From: Amphiscolops sp. MND2022
Lineage: Eukaryota
DNA: 64,000 nt
Reading direction: 5' to 3'
Assembly (NCBI GenBank): GCA_964187785.1
Contig: OZ076409.1
Location: forward strand, 69,256,001-69,320,000
The notes beneath the pieces were generated by a model. That model was given only the letters and a program-made list of their open reading frames with translations, made no database searches and was not told the origin of the DNA. Made by a program: the position numbers and the translations under genes. Of the stretch, positions 37,803 to 52,800 are shown in pieces (the first letter of the stretch is position 1; each line of letters opens with the position of its first letter).

Positions 37803-40800
37803 TTATTCCAGGGGATTTGCTGACCCATCGAATTCACGTGACTTTCTGATCTCCCAGATTTTTCGTCCTCCATCTCGTGTCACTACGTCTGGTTTGTTTT
37901 CTGTTGGATTGGGAGGAACCACTGGTTGTAATGTTGGAACTACTTTCCCTGGAACGCAAAATTGTCAACACTTTCATTAGGACTGTATATGCCCTAGTTT
38001 TCGGAAATCACAAATTTTCTTACAAAGTTTGTACAAGAACTGCACATTTTGTAAGTTTTTTACAATGTCGAACATTACTGTAAAGGTTCTGATAACATTT
38101 TTACAAAATTTGATCTATTCTTATGAAATTCTTACGAGAAATGCGTTGGTTAATTTTCATCGATGGAATTTCGAAAAAAAATTTCGACAAATTCATTCAA
38201 AATTTCTCTGGATGTTTCTGTGTATTTTTTGAATAACATCTATGTCTCGCCAAATAGCCCTCCAATAGGGTTACCTTAATGGACCGCGTAGCATTAAGGA
38301 AGCTTTTCGGCACTGTTTTTCCTGGAGCCGCTTGATAAGTAGAATTTTTTGGGAAAACAAGAACTGAAATCATTGTATTTTGGTGGAGTAAGGAATGAAA
38401 CCATGATTCCGTTCTCGATTTTTATCAATCTGCTTCATTACGAAAAGTCCTATTATTAAGACCTACTGTTCGCATTATAGGCCTCTGCGCAGTTTGTATG
38501 AATTTGCATTCTATAATTTCATTTTACAAAGAAGTGCTCATATAATTTATATTACAGAGCACTCTTTGCCATTCCATTCGGCCAAATATGAAGTCTTTCA
38601 AAATGCAATTGCTCAACAGTTTCATCACGAATTCTGAACAATGTAAAAATATATTAAACAAGCCGAGAACGGCCAAAGTCGGCGCCATATCTAAGGCTCA
38701 AAATTGTAAAAGGGGGGGACCCTTTGACTTTAAAACATTTCCCAAAAAGTTTTTTAAAATGTGATTTTTGAACAGTGTCACAGTGCCGAAAAATGTAAAA
38801 AGGGGGACCCTTTGGGATTTTTTGACATCCATTGTGTTGCAAAATATCGAAACAAATGAAGAGAGGACCCTTTGGTGCAACCCAAAAATTTCAAAAAAAG
38901 TCGCATAGTGTCGAAAAAAGTGGGGCTAAGGTGGGATCCTTAGTGTGTTTTCGAGGTACTTTTTCTTTTTGTTTTGGACGCGCTTCTGAGGTTCGAGTGT
39001 TTTGAACCTCCATAGTTTAAGTTGTTGAACAAATGAACAAAAAAGTGGACTTTACGCGTCTAAAAAACTACCCACTGTCTACTAAAATGCGCCGATTAAT
39101 AACAAGACGGGAACGTCTCAAGTCGGCGCTATATCTAAGTCTCAAAAAGCGCAAAACATTTTTTTGGAAAAAACTTGAAATTTTCGAAAAAAATTTTTCT
39201 TTCGGAAAATGTCGCGTAGTGCCGAAAAATGTAAAAGGGGGGACCCTTTTTGATTTATAAACACACATTCTGTTGCAAAATAACAAAAAACTCCAAGGGG
39301 GGACCCTTTGGGGACATTGAAAAAATTTCGAAAAAAAGTCGCACAGTGCCGAAAAAAATTCAAAGGGGGGACCCTGTAGTTCCGTCCGGTTTTGTATCTT
39401 ACGTTAAAAATTGAGTACACGAAAGGGGGGACCCTTTGCAGTAACTCAGATATGGTTCTAGTGCTACACTTGCCGGTGCAGTACTTTTAGTAGTTCTGTA
39501 AAAAGTGTCCACTACGCATACATTCTGTGGTCTGACGAAAAAAAAAAAACTTGCCACTGTAATAGTCGGGCTCATTTTCTTCTAAAATGCGCCGACTAAA
39601 AACCACCTTTATTGAGAATCCTGAAAAGTTGAGAGTATGGTTAAGTTATTCATTTTGCCATGGTAAGACCTTATCAAGAGAGCCTTGTTTCCGAGAAAAA
39701 TTTTATTGTAAAATCCTATTTGGTCAGAAAAAATTTGAGAGGAAGTCAACAAAAATCAACATCTATGCAGATTTACATTGTTAGACAAGACACCTGTACT
39801 GGGATCCCATCGCAGTTCATCGATGGCCTTTGCATTCCCATTGGGCCCATCGATGGGCTTTTGTGAAGGATGATCCCATCGCTTGAAATTGAAATTTTTT
39901 GATCACAAAAATTCGTTCGAAACGGCCATGTTCAAATTTTCGGCGGATTCTATAGGCGGGGACTCAATTTTTAGACTGCCGCCAATTTAGAACTGCAAAT
40001 TTAGAACTGCAAATTTGGTTGAAAAACAGTTCAAATACTCAAGTGTTCTGATCGGGCATCGTTGTATCTTAAGATTTTCCGTTTTCGAAACAAATTCGCC
40101 TTAAATTTGATGAATCTCAAAGCTGGACTAACATTTTTGGCGAAACTGGGAATGCCAGTTGATTAAAATTAGAAATTTGTATCTTTAAAAGCCTCCCATG
40201 GGGCCACAACGCGTTGGGTTATAATTGAAATCTCATCGATTGGATTGAATGGAATCTCAATACGGGCATTTTTCTGTTTGCAAGGTATAAAATTTGATTG
40301 AAGAGTCCTCATGCTTTCTATTTAGGGATGCACTGATTTCATTGTTCTTCTATCAATTGCAAAAACTGTCGGCGTCAGAAAAGCCTCGGGCTGAATCATT
40401 ACCCGGGTCAAAAACCGTCGTATCCAACAGTAATTGGCCTGCAGAAACAGGCTCTAAGAAGCTGGAAATGTCAATTTACAAAAATTTCCGGATTTCTAAG
40501 TGTTTCCCATGTAACTTTCCGATAGTGGCTCTGGACGTTTGAGAGCATTTTGCTCCGTCTCCGGAATCTACAGGAGTGATGAGTTACATGTTTTCAAAAG
40601 CCCTTGAAAGGAGCTTTCATTTGATACACTCGAATTTCTCAGTCTTAAACAGGTGAGGTGTTATTGGAATTCTCGTCAGATTACCGCAAGCCGGATAAGT
40701 TATCGTATTTTTTTTGCACATTTTTGCATGCAAATTTTTTCAGCAGGTTGAAGTATAATGATTATGAAAACAAGTAGAATTAGTCGTTGTTGCGTGAAAT

Positions 40801-43800
40801 GAGCCTTTATTTTGAGTATCGGCTAAGGTATAGTGTTTTTTTAATCTTAGAATTTTGTCCATCGTGATAAAACACGATCTTGGAACAATGTATTATCTTA
40901 ATACGATCATAATAAAAATCTTGTCATGGGATCAATGGTTGCCAAAATGTAGTAAGAATTTGGCAAGATCTTGCCAAGGCAGCCATTGTGCTAGTAAGAG
41001 GGTAACCTCGGGTGTAACAAAAACAAAAATGCTGCAGACACTTTCTGATTTTGAAAACTTCCTAATAAAAACTTTTGGTTCTTGTTTTTAGTCGACGTTT
41101 TCGAAGAAAATGCCCGACTCTTACAGTGGCTAGTTTTTTTCGTCAGTTTACCGCGATCGGTCCACTTTTCTTGTTTTCTTGTTCATTTGTTCCACTTCTT
41201 CGGCAACTAATTTTCAGACTTTCAGAAGCAGGAGAGTGTGGGTTCGAGTCTCGCACTAAACCACAAGTTTTTTAATGTTTCCAAGAGTTGAAGGTGGACC
41301 AAAGGGTCCCCCTTTTGGGGTTTTTGGCACTATGCGATTTTGTTCAGAAAATTTTTGAATTCTATTAAAGGGTACCCCCTTGAATTTCTTTGAAGTTGTC
41401 GGTTTGTAAAAAACGTTTAATGAGCCTAAAGGGTCTCTTTTTGGGTTTTTCGGCATTATGCGACTTTTTTACCAAAAACTTTTTCGAAAAATTTTGATTT
41501 TTCTCAAAGGCAAATTAGTTTTTTTTGATGTAGAAGAAAACTGATTTCCAGTTTCGGGGGAAAACCCTTTCCGGATTTTTCGGCACTGTGTGATAAATGA
41601 AAAATTTCACAATAGGCTGAGTTTTTCCTTGACTATTATTGAAGCTTAGATATGACGCCGACTTGATCCGTTCCCGGCTTGTTAAATTGTGTATCGTTTT
41701 TGTCTTTCTAAAGTTGTTTCCTAAATAGAAGTTCCGTCTTTTCATCACAAGATTCTGTTTGTACAATTCTGTGTATGTGGAACAGAACATTCAGTCTTGA
41801 AAATCTCTCATCGCTACCACGTATATACAAACTATGTTCCAATTAAATCTTACTTGGAGGCTGAGGTGCATTTTGATTGGCCGATGACGTCACCTGTTTC
41901 TCCTCTCTTGCCAGAGCTGTGATTGAACTCTTGTTGATTTTGCCCACGTGCAGTTTATTATCCGCACTGAAAAAGGTAAAGCAACATATTTTTTTACCGT
42001 ACTGTCAAAGTTTTGTTCACAATCAAATGTTTCGAAAAATTTGTCAAAATTAACGTTTTTCAAAGTTTGGAGCCACAATTGAAGCATATAACATTCAATT
42101 TTCACCAATAAAGTCATAATGGAGCTCCAGAATATTTGAAGTGCTGAAAGTAATCGATTTTTTGAACTGAATATGTTTGGAGAATCATACTCCAATCAGT
42201 CAAAACCAAGTTTTGATTCATTTTGGCTCAAGTTCCCGATTGTTTTGGTATTCGGTCGTCTTTGCCAATGTTGATCAGTGATAATTGAAATCATCCACTG
42301 ATCATAATTCAAATTTCTGAAAAAAATATATATTTGATCTCATGATACTTTCCAATGGAATCTTAACGAGTTTAACGATTTTTTAAAGCTAAGGGGGTCC
42401 AACAAAAGAGGCTACCTACAGTAAGGCCCTTCTAAATGTGAGCTCCGCTAAACTCCTCACAAATGGGCTGGTTAACCCGTTTGCCAGTTGCAATGATGCG
42501 AAGTCTGTAATGTGCACGAACAGAAAAAAAAACAGCATTTTAAAACTTCAACTCAGCGATAATTTTGACAAAAAGAAAACTTTCTCAAAAATAGACTTCA
42601 AAGTCTACTTGATGATTGTCTTCCACCAACTTACTCTCTTGTGGGAAAGATCGAGTTTGACTCTCCCGAGGGTCTGTAACAGTCCAGTCGCCTCATGAAA
42701 GTGTAAAAGGCGAACACGATGCCTATCAGAACAAGAAGAGTGAGCAAAATAATCAAGGCCAGAACTACATTGCCCTCTGGGGTGTCAACCATCCAGCTTT
42801 CAGTTCCATCCTCACTCTCAGGGGCAAATTCCGAGCTGATTGGAGTAAGTTCCACTGAAAGGTAAGGTTATTATAAAAAAAATTTCATTTTGATTTTTGC
42901 AAAAATGCCTGTGCCCGGGTCTCGCGGAGAATTAAAATAGAAAAGTATTTTCTTTCACGGCTTCGTAAAAAGTACAGTCTTTACTCTAATCATGTTAACG
43001 TTTTATAACGTATGATGCCATCAAACCAGAAAGACGAACCAATTGTTTTTTCTACCATGTCTCGAACAAAAAAACAACTAGAGAGACGTGAAAGCTCAAA
43101 GCAAATTACTCAAATGTATAACTAAAGTACTGAATGACACCCAATGATAAGACTGTTAACCCATCATCTAACCGTGTCTGACTCCGAATGAAATGATTTG
43201 AGGAGACTGGAACAGTTCAGAGGGAGTTCCATCGGCGTACTCTCTAAAGGCGTCCAGCAGCTCCTGAGTTCTCACGAAGACCTTGGTTTGGTTCAGTCCG
43301 GATTCGGACAGAGTCAAGTCACTCTCAATAGCGTAGATCGACACTCTCACTCTAAAACAATTCGGAATTTCAAAAAAACCCTTTGAAAATCCTCCAAAAA
43401 ATTGTACTTTTACCCGAAGAGAGTGGCAAAGACCTGAAGTTTCCTCCTCAGAATCAGTTTCACAACATAACAAGTGTAATACGGTGCATATACCGATACC
43501 GCATCTTACGGTGACACTGTCAATCAAACTCGTTTCGATCAAAAAACCAGCCTAACAAATTAGATTCAAATGATGCTTTCTGTTTGTAAATACATAACAT
43601 GCTATTGTACAGTGCTTTACTTATATCATTTGAGCTAGAAAACAGTTAGACTTTAGATCGTACATTGACAGATAACACGCCAAAGAAAAAAGTCTTAGTT
43701 CGAACTTGTTTTATTATTCTAACGGAGATACACCCGTACTGACAACCCATGAAAACACACCATTGGCCATCGCTGGACCACCGGTGGAGACAATTTTGAA

Positions 43801-46800
43801 TAATCTGTCACTATTTCCACCGGTGGTCACCGGTGGACTTTTTTTTCGAAAAAATGAATTGTGAATTATAGAAAATTATTGAAAATTATTATTTCATTAT
43901 GAAATCCGAAGGTTATTTAAGTTTTCTAAAATTTACTTCTGCACTCAAGAAGTTCTGCAGCAATTAAAACTATTTTGGCACCGCGTGTATGCGAGTCGCG
44001 ATGTAGGCAATGCTGCGGAATAAATATAGCAAAACAAACAAATTACAAAAGCTGATAGCGCAGAGGTAAATGCTGGAGGGTCAACAAAACTAATACAGGT
44101 TCGCGTCACGATTTTTGCAATATTTTGTATACAACATGAAATTTTTCCCCACCGGTGGCCACCAGTGGTCCACCCCTGGCCACCACAAAATGTGTCATGG
44201 CCACCGCGGTGGCCACCGGTGGGGCTGCGATGGGAAGTGCGGTGGCCACCGGTGGGTTTCCCTGGGTTGTCAGCACAAGTAGAACAACAAGTTCCAACAT
44301 AAAAAATCCTGAGTTCAATAAACATAAACTTCAATAGAATTGCATCGTATCATTTTTTTCTACAGAAAAAAATGGAACCTCACCCATTGGAAACAACGCC
44401 TTCTCGTAAAACATATCCGTTCAGCTCGTAGATGAAGAACTTGTACGGATCCATGAGATCCTCCAGAGCTAGAATGAACTTATCCCGATCGAAACTGGAG
44501 TAGTCTATTCCACAATACAAATCCACCAGGACTGCTCTGGCGTCGAAAGTGTCCACTCGAATGGTCGCCATTTTCCTACAATTACAATTTATAAAACATA
44601 AACGCAGATTCCAGTGACGTGTAGTGCTGGTGCATGATATGTTTCGAAAGATTTTATACAAAACATCATGTACAATGCAAATTTGTGAAACCTTATTCCC
44701 TAATTGAATACCTTATTTTATCATTGCATTTTGAACTTTCCATCAAAACTTTTTTTTGAAATTACCGAGAGTTTTTGTAGCCGAAAACTCCGATTTTAAC
44801 AAGATCTTCCAGAATTTGAAACTTCCACATTGAAATTCATTCAAATTAAAGTTCTGAACTTTTAGTGCCATTCTGGTTTTTAATTTTTTTGCTTGAATTT
44901 AACTTCGTTCAAAACTGCTCCTTATTTTTTATCGAAGTTTTAAATTACAGAAAATATCAATTAAAAGAATCAGGTAAAATAATCAAAGATCAAGAAACTA
45001 TTGAAGTTTCAAAACATCTCGAAAACTGTCGATTAGGAAAGGTTTTACCAACTTTCCTATATTTTGGGGCTGACCGGCTTCTCCCGTGTCAAACACAACC
45101 CCATAGATGACGTAAGTAGAAAACGGTAGAAGGGTGATTCCTTTTGTGAAAACGTCTCCAGTGTCAGAATCGATCCCGAAATAGTCCGAGTAAGAACCAA
45201 GGGCGTAAATCGGCACTGCATTCAAACCTAAAACCAAGTTGGTGCTCATTAACATTCTTTGAAAAGTCCAATGAGTTTCATTTATTTTCAGGCTCTGTAT
45301 AGGATGATTGATTGATTAATTTTTGCTTCTTGGGTTCTGTGGAATTATTCATTTGTTGCCAGTAAGCTTGACTTTGTGAATTTACTCTGTAAAGAAAAAG
45401 AATCAAACCAGGTATCACTTAACGCTGTAAAAATCCAAGAACGTTATGAAAAATAGTATCTTTATGTTCAAATCCACCCTAACAATTTAATCCTTCACAA
45501 TTATAATCGTTCATTTGGCAAAATAGATATAACAGTGCACAATAGCTAACTCAACCTCAAACAACATCATTTTTTATACCAATCAAATTTCAGTAAAGTT
45601 ATAACCCTAACGACAACTTTTCGTTCGTTTTACAAAATACGGGGGTACTGCGTACAAAATATTTCAGCGCTTACTGTGGGCCAGGGGTAGGAGTTTGTGA
45701 AAAAGACCTCAATTTTAAAAGGAAGTATTTGTTCTACTGCTTATTCGTTATCGCAGACAATTTCATCATAAGGACACTCAGCAGAATTAAATCACGATAA
45801 ATCTAGCTGAAGTCTGGAGATCAAATCCTTTCCGATAAAAAAGATGACAAGTACATCCAAAACAACAATCATGACTCATTCTTGGCCTTTCATCCATGAT
45901 CGTGGCATCCCAGCGATCGAAGACATGGTACGCTTGCCAAGAACTATGGTAAATCGCTAGCTACCCTGGCCAAGATCTTACCATGATCTTACCTTGATCT
46001 TGCCAAGGATGCCATGATTATGCAAGATCGTGCCAAGCGTACCATGTTTGACCTTGTTTAGAAATTGTGTTGATCAATCCAAAACTTAGACGTTTTTTAC
46101 ACACATCGGACATTTTTTGTCATTATTTTAGTCTATGACTATTGTCAGAGAATTTTCATCATTCCTGGTGCCTTCCAACTAGTTGGGACACGGTAGTTAA
46201 CTGGAAATGCTTTTAGTCGAATTTTTCACATGACACCCTTGATAAGAATCTTGATAGACCATGACTGTCTTGTCAGGATCTTGCCATGATCTTGCCATGA
46301 TCTTGACAAGCGTTCCATGTATCATGATTAGACATGATCTTGACAAACGTACCATGGTTAACCATGATTTAGCAAGATTAGCCATGATCTTGGCAAGTGT
46401 AGCGTGTCTTCGATCGCTGGGATTGCATTCTAATCATGGCTAATCATCCATCCATGGTATTTTTCATTACATTTAAATCATGGCTGATCATGCTTGATTA
46501 AGCCTAAAAAAGCAAACCATGATTCATACATGAAGGTACATGACAGAAAGCTACATGTTTTGTTAAACATAGAAGGTTTTAGCAAGCCTGTGATAATTTA
46601 CGAATTTCAACAAAAAGCAAGCAAGAGCATTCCACTGGAAAATTTTTTACAAGAATGTTTCCTATGAAGATATGAAAAAACAGCAGAAAATAAAAACTAG
46701 AATATTTTCAAACAGTGTTTGGAAATTAACAAATCAAAGTCGCTACGTTTTATTTGACAAAATTGGTGCCATCGAACAAATCGTTGTTCACTTTTGGACG

Positions 46801-49800
46801 TTTAACTCTCTTTTCTCCTCAGCAACTTTCTATTCTAGTGGTGTTCAGAGCATCACCATTCCCAGATATTTGAACGTTTAGGCCTTCTCATGGTGAAATT
46901 CATGAGCTTTCATCCATGATCAGCCCTTACATCATGGATACTCATTCATGGGAAGCTATGACATCATGGCTTTTCATCTATAATCATCAATGGCATCATA
47001 TTTCATCCAAGATCATCTATGAATCATGGCTTTTCTTTCATTCATGAGCATCCATGAATCATGGATAGCTTTCTTTGCAAGATCCTAGGATGGTTCTCGG
47101 CATGGCGTACCCATGAATCATGGATGGAAACCCATGACCTGTAACGCAAGGCCACCAAACTGACTTTAAATACTGATGGGTCTCAAATGAAAGCTATAAA
47201 AGTCATTTGGATTGACATTTTTTCAGACAAGAGTTCAGTTTGTTGACTGACCAACGTCCAAATCGGTAGCGGTCAAAGTTGTCAAGTAGCTTCTATATTC
47301 TGTGTCATATCGGGTGGCCAGACTGAAAAATGTCTCCGTGAATTCAGGCTCGTTGTCATTCTGATCTATGATGAACACAGTGACAAGGGTAGTTGCTATT
47401 CTTTCATCTCCAACACCCGTGTTTTTGTCTATACATCTCACGTCAAACTCGACCTGGCAAAAAAACGTTCTATTCTTTTTTCGTTGCATTTCCAGAACAA
47501 AAAGAAGTCGGAGAGAAAGATAGAGTTTTCTAATTATTCACGATTATTCAAGATTCATCCTTCAAAAATCTTCATTGAGTCAAATCAACTTGTGAACAAT
47601 AAAAAAATCGTAGTGTGCGAAAATTGTGAACACTTTTGCTGTAATCGATTCACCCCATGATTCAAAAGTTAGAATTTCACAGTAGTTCGAGTGACAATCC
47701 ATTAAAATCAAGTGATATCACTTGGTTTTAATGGATTGTCACTCAAACTACTGTGAAATTTTCACATATGTCCATTCTAATATGTACTCTGTCCTTTTTT
47801 GAGTTCGCGAGCTGTTAAGGTTTTCTTGGCATCAGATTTGCAAATGGTCTAAAAATTGTCAGCTTGGAGGTATGGCTTGTTTCAAAGCAGCTTGCTCAAC
47901 ATGACATAGCGTTGAGAACTCGATATTGTTGTTTTCAGTATGATAATTTCTATCCCGCCATTTGCGTTATTTTATATTATGAACCTACAAAAAAGAAGGG
48001 CTTGCTCGAGGACCAACAAAAGGGAGGTGAAAGAAATTCGAGATAAATATCCCCCCCGGTATAGACTGAATGTTCTAACCAGTACATCTCGTTCCCCGCA
48101 TTACCGTCAATTGAAAATCGAGACTTGACAGATGGATTGAAACTCACTTGCTTGACAATTTCATAATCGGGAGGTCTCAAAACTTGCAGTCTGCCTGTAT
48201 TGGCATTGAGTTTGCCCACTTTGAAGTAATAGTCACCGTCATTGCTTGCAGAGGGACTGTTTCCTTGAATTGAGTACCGACTAAACAAAAGACGCTGGTA
48301 TGAATTTAGTGGAACGTTGAACGCTCATTGTTGTGATGTTAGTAGTGTACTAAAATTTTCACGACATATTATTGAACAAGACGCCCACTAAGCACCGGGA
48401 TATTTTCCGCTAAAAATGTAACGCACCAGCACAGGTCCTCATGTCTGCCAGGTAGACGCACTACCATCTGGGCCATGGTGACTAGAATTCACTAAATGCA
48501 GTAATAAAGTGGAGATTTGGCAGAATTTGTAAAAAAAAACGCAAGACATATTATGATTTTCCTCCCCCATTATATTATGTGGGCGGAAAATAAAAAGTTT
48601 TCTTCAAACACCTAGTAACGTTGATATAAGTATAATGATCCAACAATGATCTATCGTTCTTTAACGAAACAAATTTCAGTGTTTTTTCAGTTTATTTTTC
48701 TTTCAAAGTGCAATTGCATTAAAACAATGCAGCAATCGAATACCTTGACAGATATTGATGTTTCATTGCCTCCTCTAACGAGGACATTCATTCAAAGGGA
48801 ACTTTTCATTACATGAAACATTCACTTAGTGAAAAAAGATTTTCACATCTGCATCACATCAACGTTTAATCCATCATATCGCACAGCATTATCCCAAGTT
48901 AAGCTGCAGTGTACTCGGATCATGTGTTTATACACCCCCAAGCGGGGGGAAATAAGAAACAACGTTCAAATATTATTATTTCGACATCGTTTGCGCTGAA
49001 ATCAATCCAATAAAAATAATTGATGTCCACATAATCCTATCCTTTTAATTGATTCACAGTTAAAAGTTGTTCGTTTTAATTAATGGCGGAGAAATTATGC
49101 GTTAAAATAAGGGTTTTCATATCCCATTTTAGCTTGTTCCAAGGGTCAATTTTTGTCAGAATTTTTTTTGTCAGGAAGTTATCAAAAAGTCCGGATTTTT
49201 TGCTGTAATTGTCGAAACAACTCTAGAGACAATCATCCAAGTATTTATAGCCATATCAGTATTTTCATTCGCCCAAGAAGTTTTTTAAACATAAAAGTTG
49301 TTTTCGTGTTGGGGGGGGGGGGTTGGAATCAGAAAATTGATGTATCTGGGGGAGGGGGAGAATCCTTGACCGTGTACTCACTTGATATCGTCAGCGTAAC
49401 AATCACTGACATCCTCACACGTGATGTCTCCCACTATAGTGTCAAACACAGCATTTTCGTTCACAGTGAAATTGTAGGCTGCATCCATTAAAGGAATGAA
49501 CTCATTGGCGTCATTCAATTGCATAGAAAGTGTCACTGTGTTGGTTGTCTCCAGACCAGTGTTATCAACTCCAACTACCTGAAAAATCCTCAGAGTCTAG
49601 AACCTATCTAGCACCGGCTAGCTTGGAAAAGTTGAAGTAAACAGTTAAACAAGAAGTTTCTGATTCTATGTCGGGATACGTTATCAGATGGAGACTTGAA
49701 AAAAGTAAGTCTTCGAACTGCTCTGAAAATCAGAATGACAAGTGTATCATCAGTTTTTGTGGACATTAACAAAATTTTACATGGCATTAGAAGACTCAAA

Positions 49801-52800
49801 TGACAAGCAAGTGACTCACAAATTATTAACACGACCCCGAACTCAATAATCCGATTTTGATGGAGATTTTCAAGAACGTGTGAGCTCAAAATTTCATTTA
49901 CGCTTTCAATACTTACATTCATCTCAAACGTGTGAACGTTGGAAGTCCAGCCCTGTGCCTTGCAAAGCGTCTCGTAGTCAATTTGGTTCACTTGGTAAAG
50001 GTAGTAATCTGGAACATAGAGATTTTTGACGTTGTCTGTTAACGTTCGTAGTTTCTGAATGACAAAAACTCCAACTCTATCGTGAAACCATTATTGGCGT
50101 TTACTAAATTATTAAATTGAAAAACAACGCACTTATAGAACTGTTTTTTGAACTTTAGTTTTTTTCCGATTTCTCAAAAAGGACCGTTCCCCCCCCCCCC
50201 CAACGAAAACAATTTTTACGCTTCAAAAAACTTCTTTGGCGAATGAAAAAATCGATATGACTATCGATACTTAGAGGTTGTCCCTACAGTTATTTTGACA
50301 ATTAGCTAATTTTTTGATATTTTTATTTTGCAAAAAAGCAAAAATTCACACATGGAAGAAGGTAAAATTGCATACGAAAGTCCTTGTTTTAACGGAAATT
50401 TTCTCCGCCATAAATTAAAATTAAAATCAGAAAACGTTTAAGTGTGAATCAATGTACAAAATAGTATTAAATCGACATCAATTATTTTACTGGACAGAAA
50501 TATCAGCGCAAACAATGTCGACATAATGGTATTTGAACCTTGTTTCTTATCCCCCTTCCTCGTTTTTTTTTGGGGGTATAAAAAACATTGTTCGAGTACA
50601 GTGCAGCTAAACTTGGGATAATCTGCTGTACGATATGATGGATTAAATGTTGAGATCATGCAGATGTGGAATTCTTTTTTTCAGAAAGTAAGTGCTTAAT
50701 GTGGGCCTTAGCGGGTGTGGAATAAGAAACATGGCCCATTTAATTTTCAAATCACCAATTTTTTGAGTAAAAGGGTTATACTTTTCACATCTTTTCCATG
50801 AATTCTATGGAACCATAAGTAAATGATGCTGGCACAATACGGCGTCCATTACCACGAATAACTTACTTCCAGTGGCGCCGTTTTGTTTGATCTCGAAGTA
50901 GGGTTCCATGAGCGAGGGACTCTTGAACTGGAAGGTGGCCACGCAGGCTGACAGTCCAGTCACTCCGTCCCGGGCCGGACTGCAGTCTGGGTCGTAGTAC
51001 TCACGGGCGGCCGTGTAGTCGTTGAGGTCAGCGATGTAGATGCCATCTGTGTTGACCGAAGGGGTCGGAGAGGAGTCATAGTTCTGGAAGATGCTGATGC
51101 CTCTCTACAACAGATGAATTTAAAAAACCTGGATTGATTACATACTAGATTTCGAGGTCGAACTTTGATAGTTGATTAAGACCCAATCTCTAAATTGGTT
51201 AGTCTCTTAGATAGTTGGTCTTCTAGACAGTCTAAAAAAAACTGTCTTGACACCGGGTTTTGCAAACAGTGAAAATGCTATTAAGAGTTGTCTCAGTGGT
51301 TCCACGAAAGAATTAAGATCAACAACTGGTGTTTTAAGAGCATTAACTTTTCAGAAGGATAAAAACTTGAGTCATCAAAAAGTTTATAGTTTATAATAAA
51401 TTTCAAATCAGGTTCACGATCATCACTCGGGTAACAGAAGGTTTCCTATGCCATGTACAAGGCGGCCCTTTTGACTTTTTATTACACTATAAGCAACGAA
51501 AAAAGATGGAATACATTATGCGTGATCTATGAGCGAAAAGTTAAAACAAAATAAATTATGAACCAAAAGTTACGACAAAACAAACTCACTGATTCTGAGA
51601 AGATGAAGCGGCTAAACGTGGCAGGCACAGGTGTCTGATCAGGGTAACTAAACGAGTCTTCAAAGGCAGTGTTGATGCTGGAACATGAAAAACGTAGATG
51701 TCCTAATTGATGAAGAGAAGATACTAGTCAATACTCTATGGTTTTGTTTCGTATGTGAGACGTTTAGATTTTTTCTTTGCGATCGGTATATCCTTTTATT
51801 TTCAACGACTGTACCAGATTATTTTTAGTCAGCGCCTCATGAAGTGAAACGCGACTATTATAGTGACTTGTTTCAATCCACACGAACTGACCAAAATAGT
51901 TCTACAAAGTTCTACGAAATTTTACGGTGTCAAATTGAACCATTTGGACTAGGGAACTGAACCAAAAAGGTTTTTCCTTTTTTTTCCGCGTAACACACAA
52001 TACCGGGCGAGGCTAAAGGGTTTTTTTAGTTTTTTTCAGCATTGTGAGTCTTTTGTTTCGAAAAACAGTTTCCCAAAAAGGCCCCACTACGATTTATTTG
52101 ATGTTTTGCGACAGAATGGATGTTGAAAAATCTCAAAGGGTCCCTCGGTTCAGTTTTTTCGGCATTGTGAGACCTTTTCTTCCAAAAAATTCACCAAAGA
52201 GCCCCCTTCAATTTTTTGATGTTTTGCGACAGAAGGATGTTGAAAAATCTTGAAGGGTCCGTCGGTTCAGTTTTTTCGGCATTGTGAGATTAAATTTTGC
52301 ATATGAACGCATACATGAATAAAGACCCATGAAAATGTTAAGGTAAAATAATCTTGCTTTCAACTTTAGTGTAACTCGAAATCTTTTAGAGTACGTGATA
52401 CAATAGCTTTTGCATCACTTGTTGGTAACTGATTTCGAAAGCCCTTGATTGAATGATGACTCACTCTGAGTCGCCTGGAGCAATAGAGTCGAATTCGTTG
52501 AACCACGGAACTTCCTGCACGTCCAGAACTTTGAGGGTCAAGGTCGCAGTTTCACTGGTTGCTACAGGGCTCCCGTTATCAGTGACCTCTATTACGAGGA
52601 TGAACTCACGGCAGATTGACTCGTAGTCGAACTTGGCATTGGCAGCATCAGTGGACAGCAAAAGCGTGTTTCCGGTTGGAGGAGATGCTAAAAAACAACA
52701 AATGACGTGACTCGCGATTTCCATATTGTTACGTCATTCAAGTAGTCATTGAAACTGAATTCAAACATGCATACCTCCAGAAACATAGGAAAGTTTTCTT

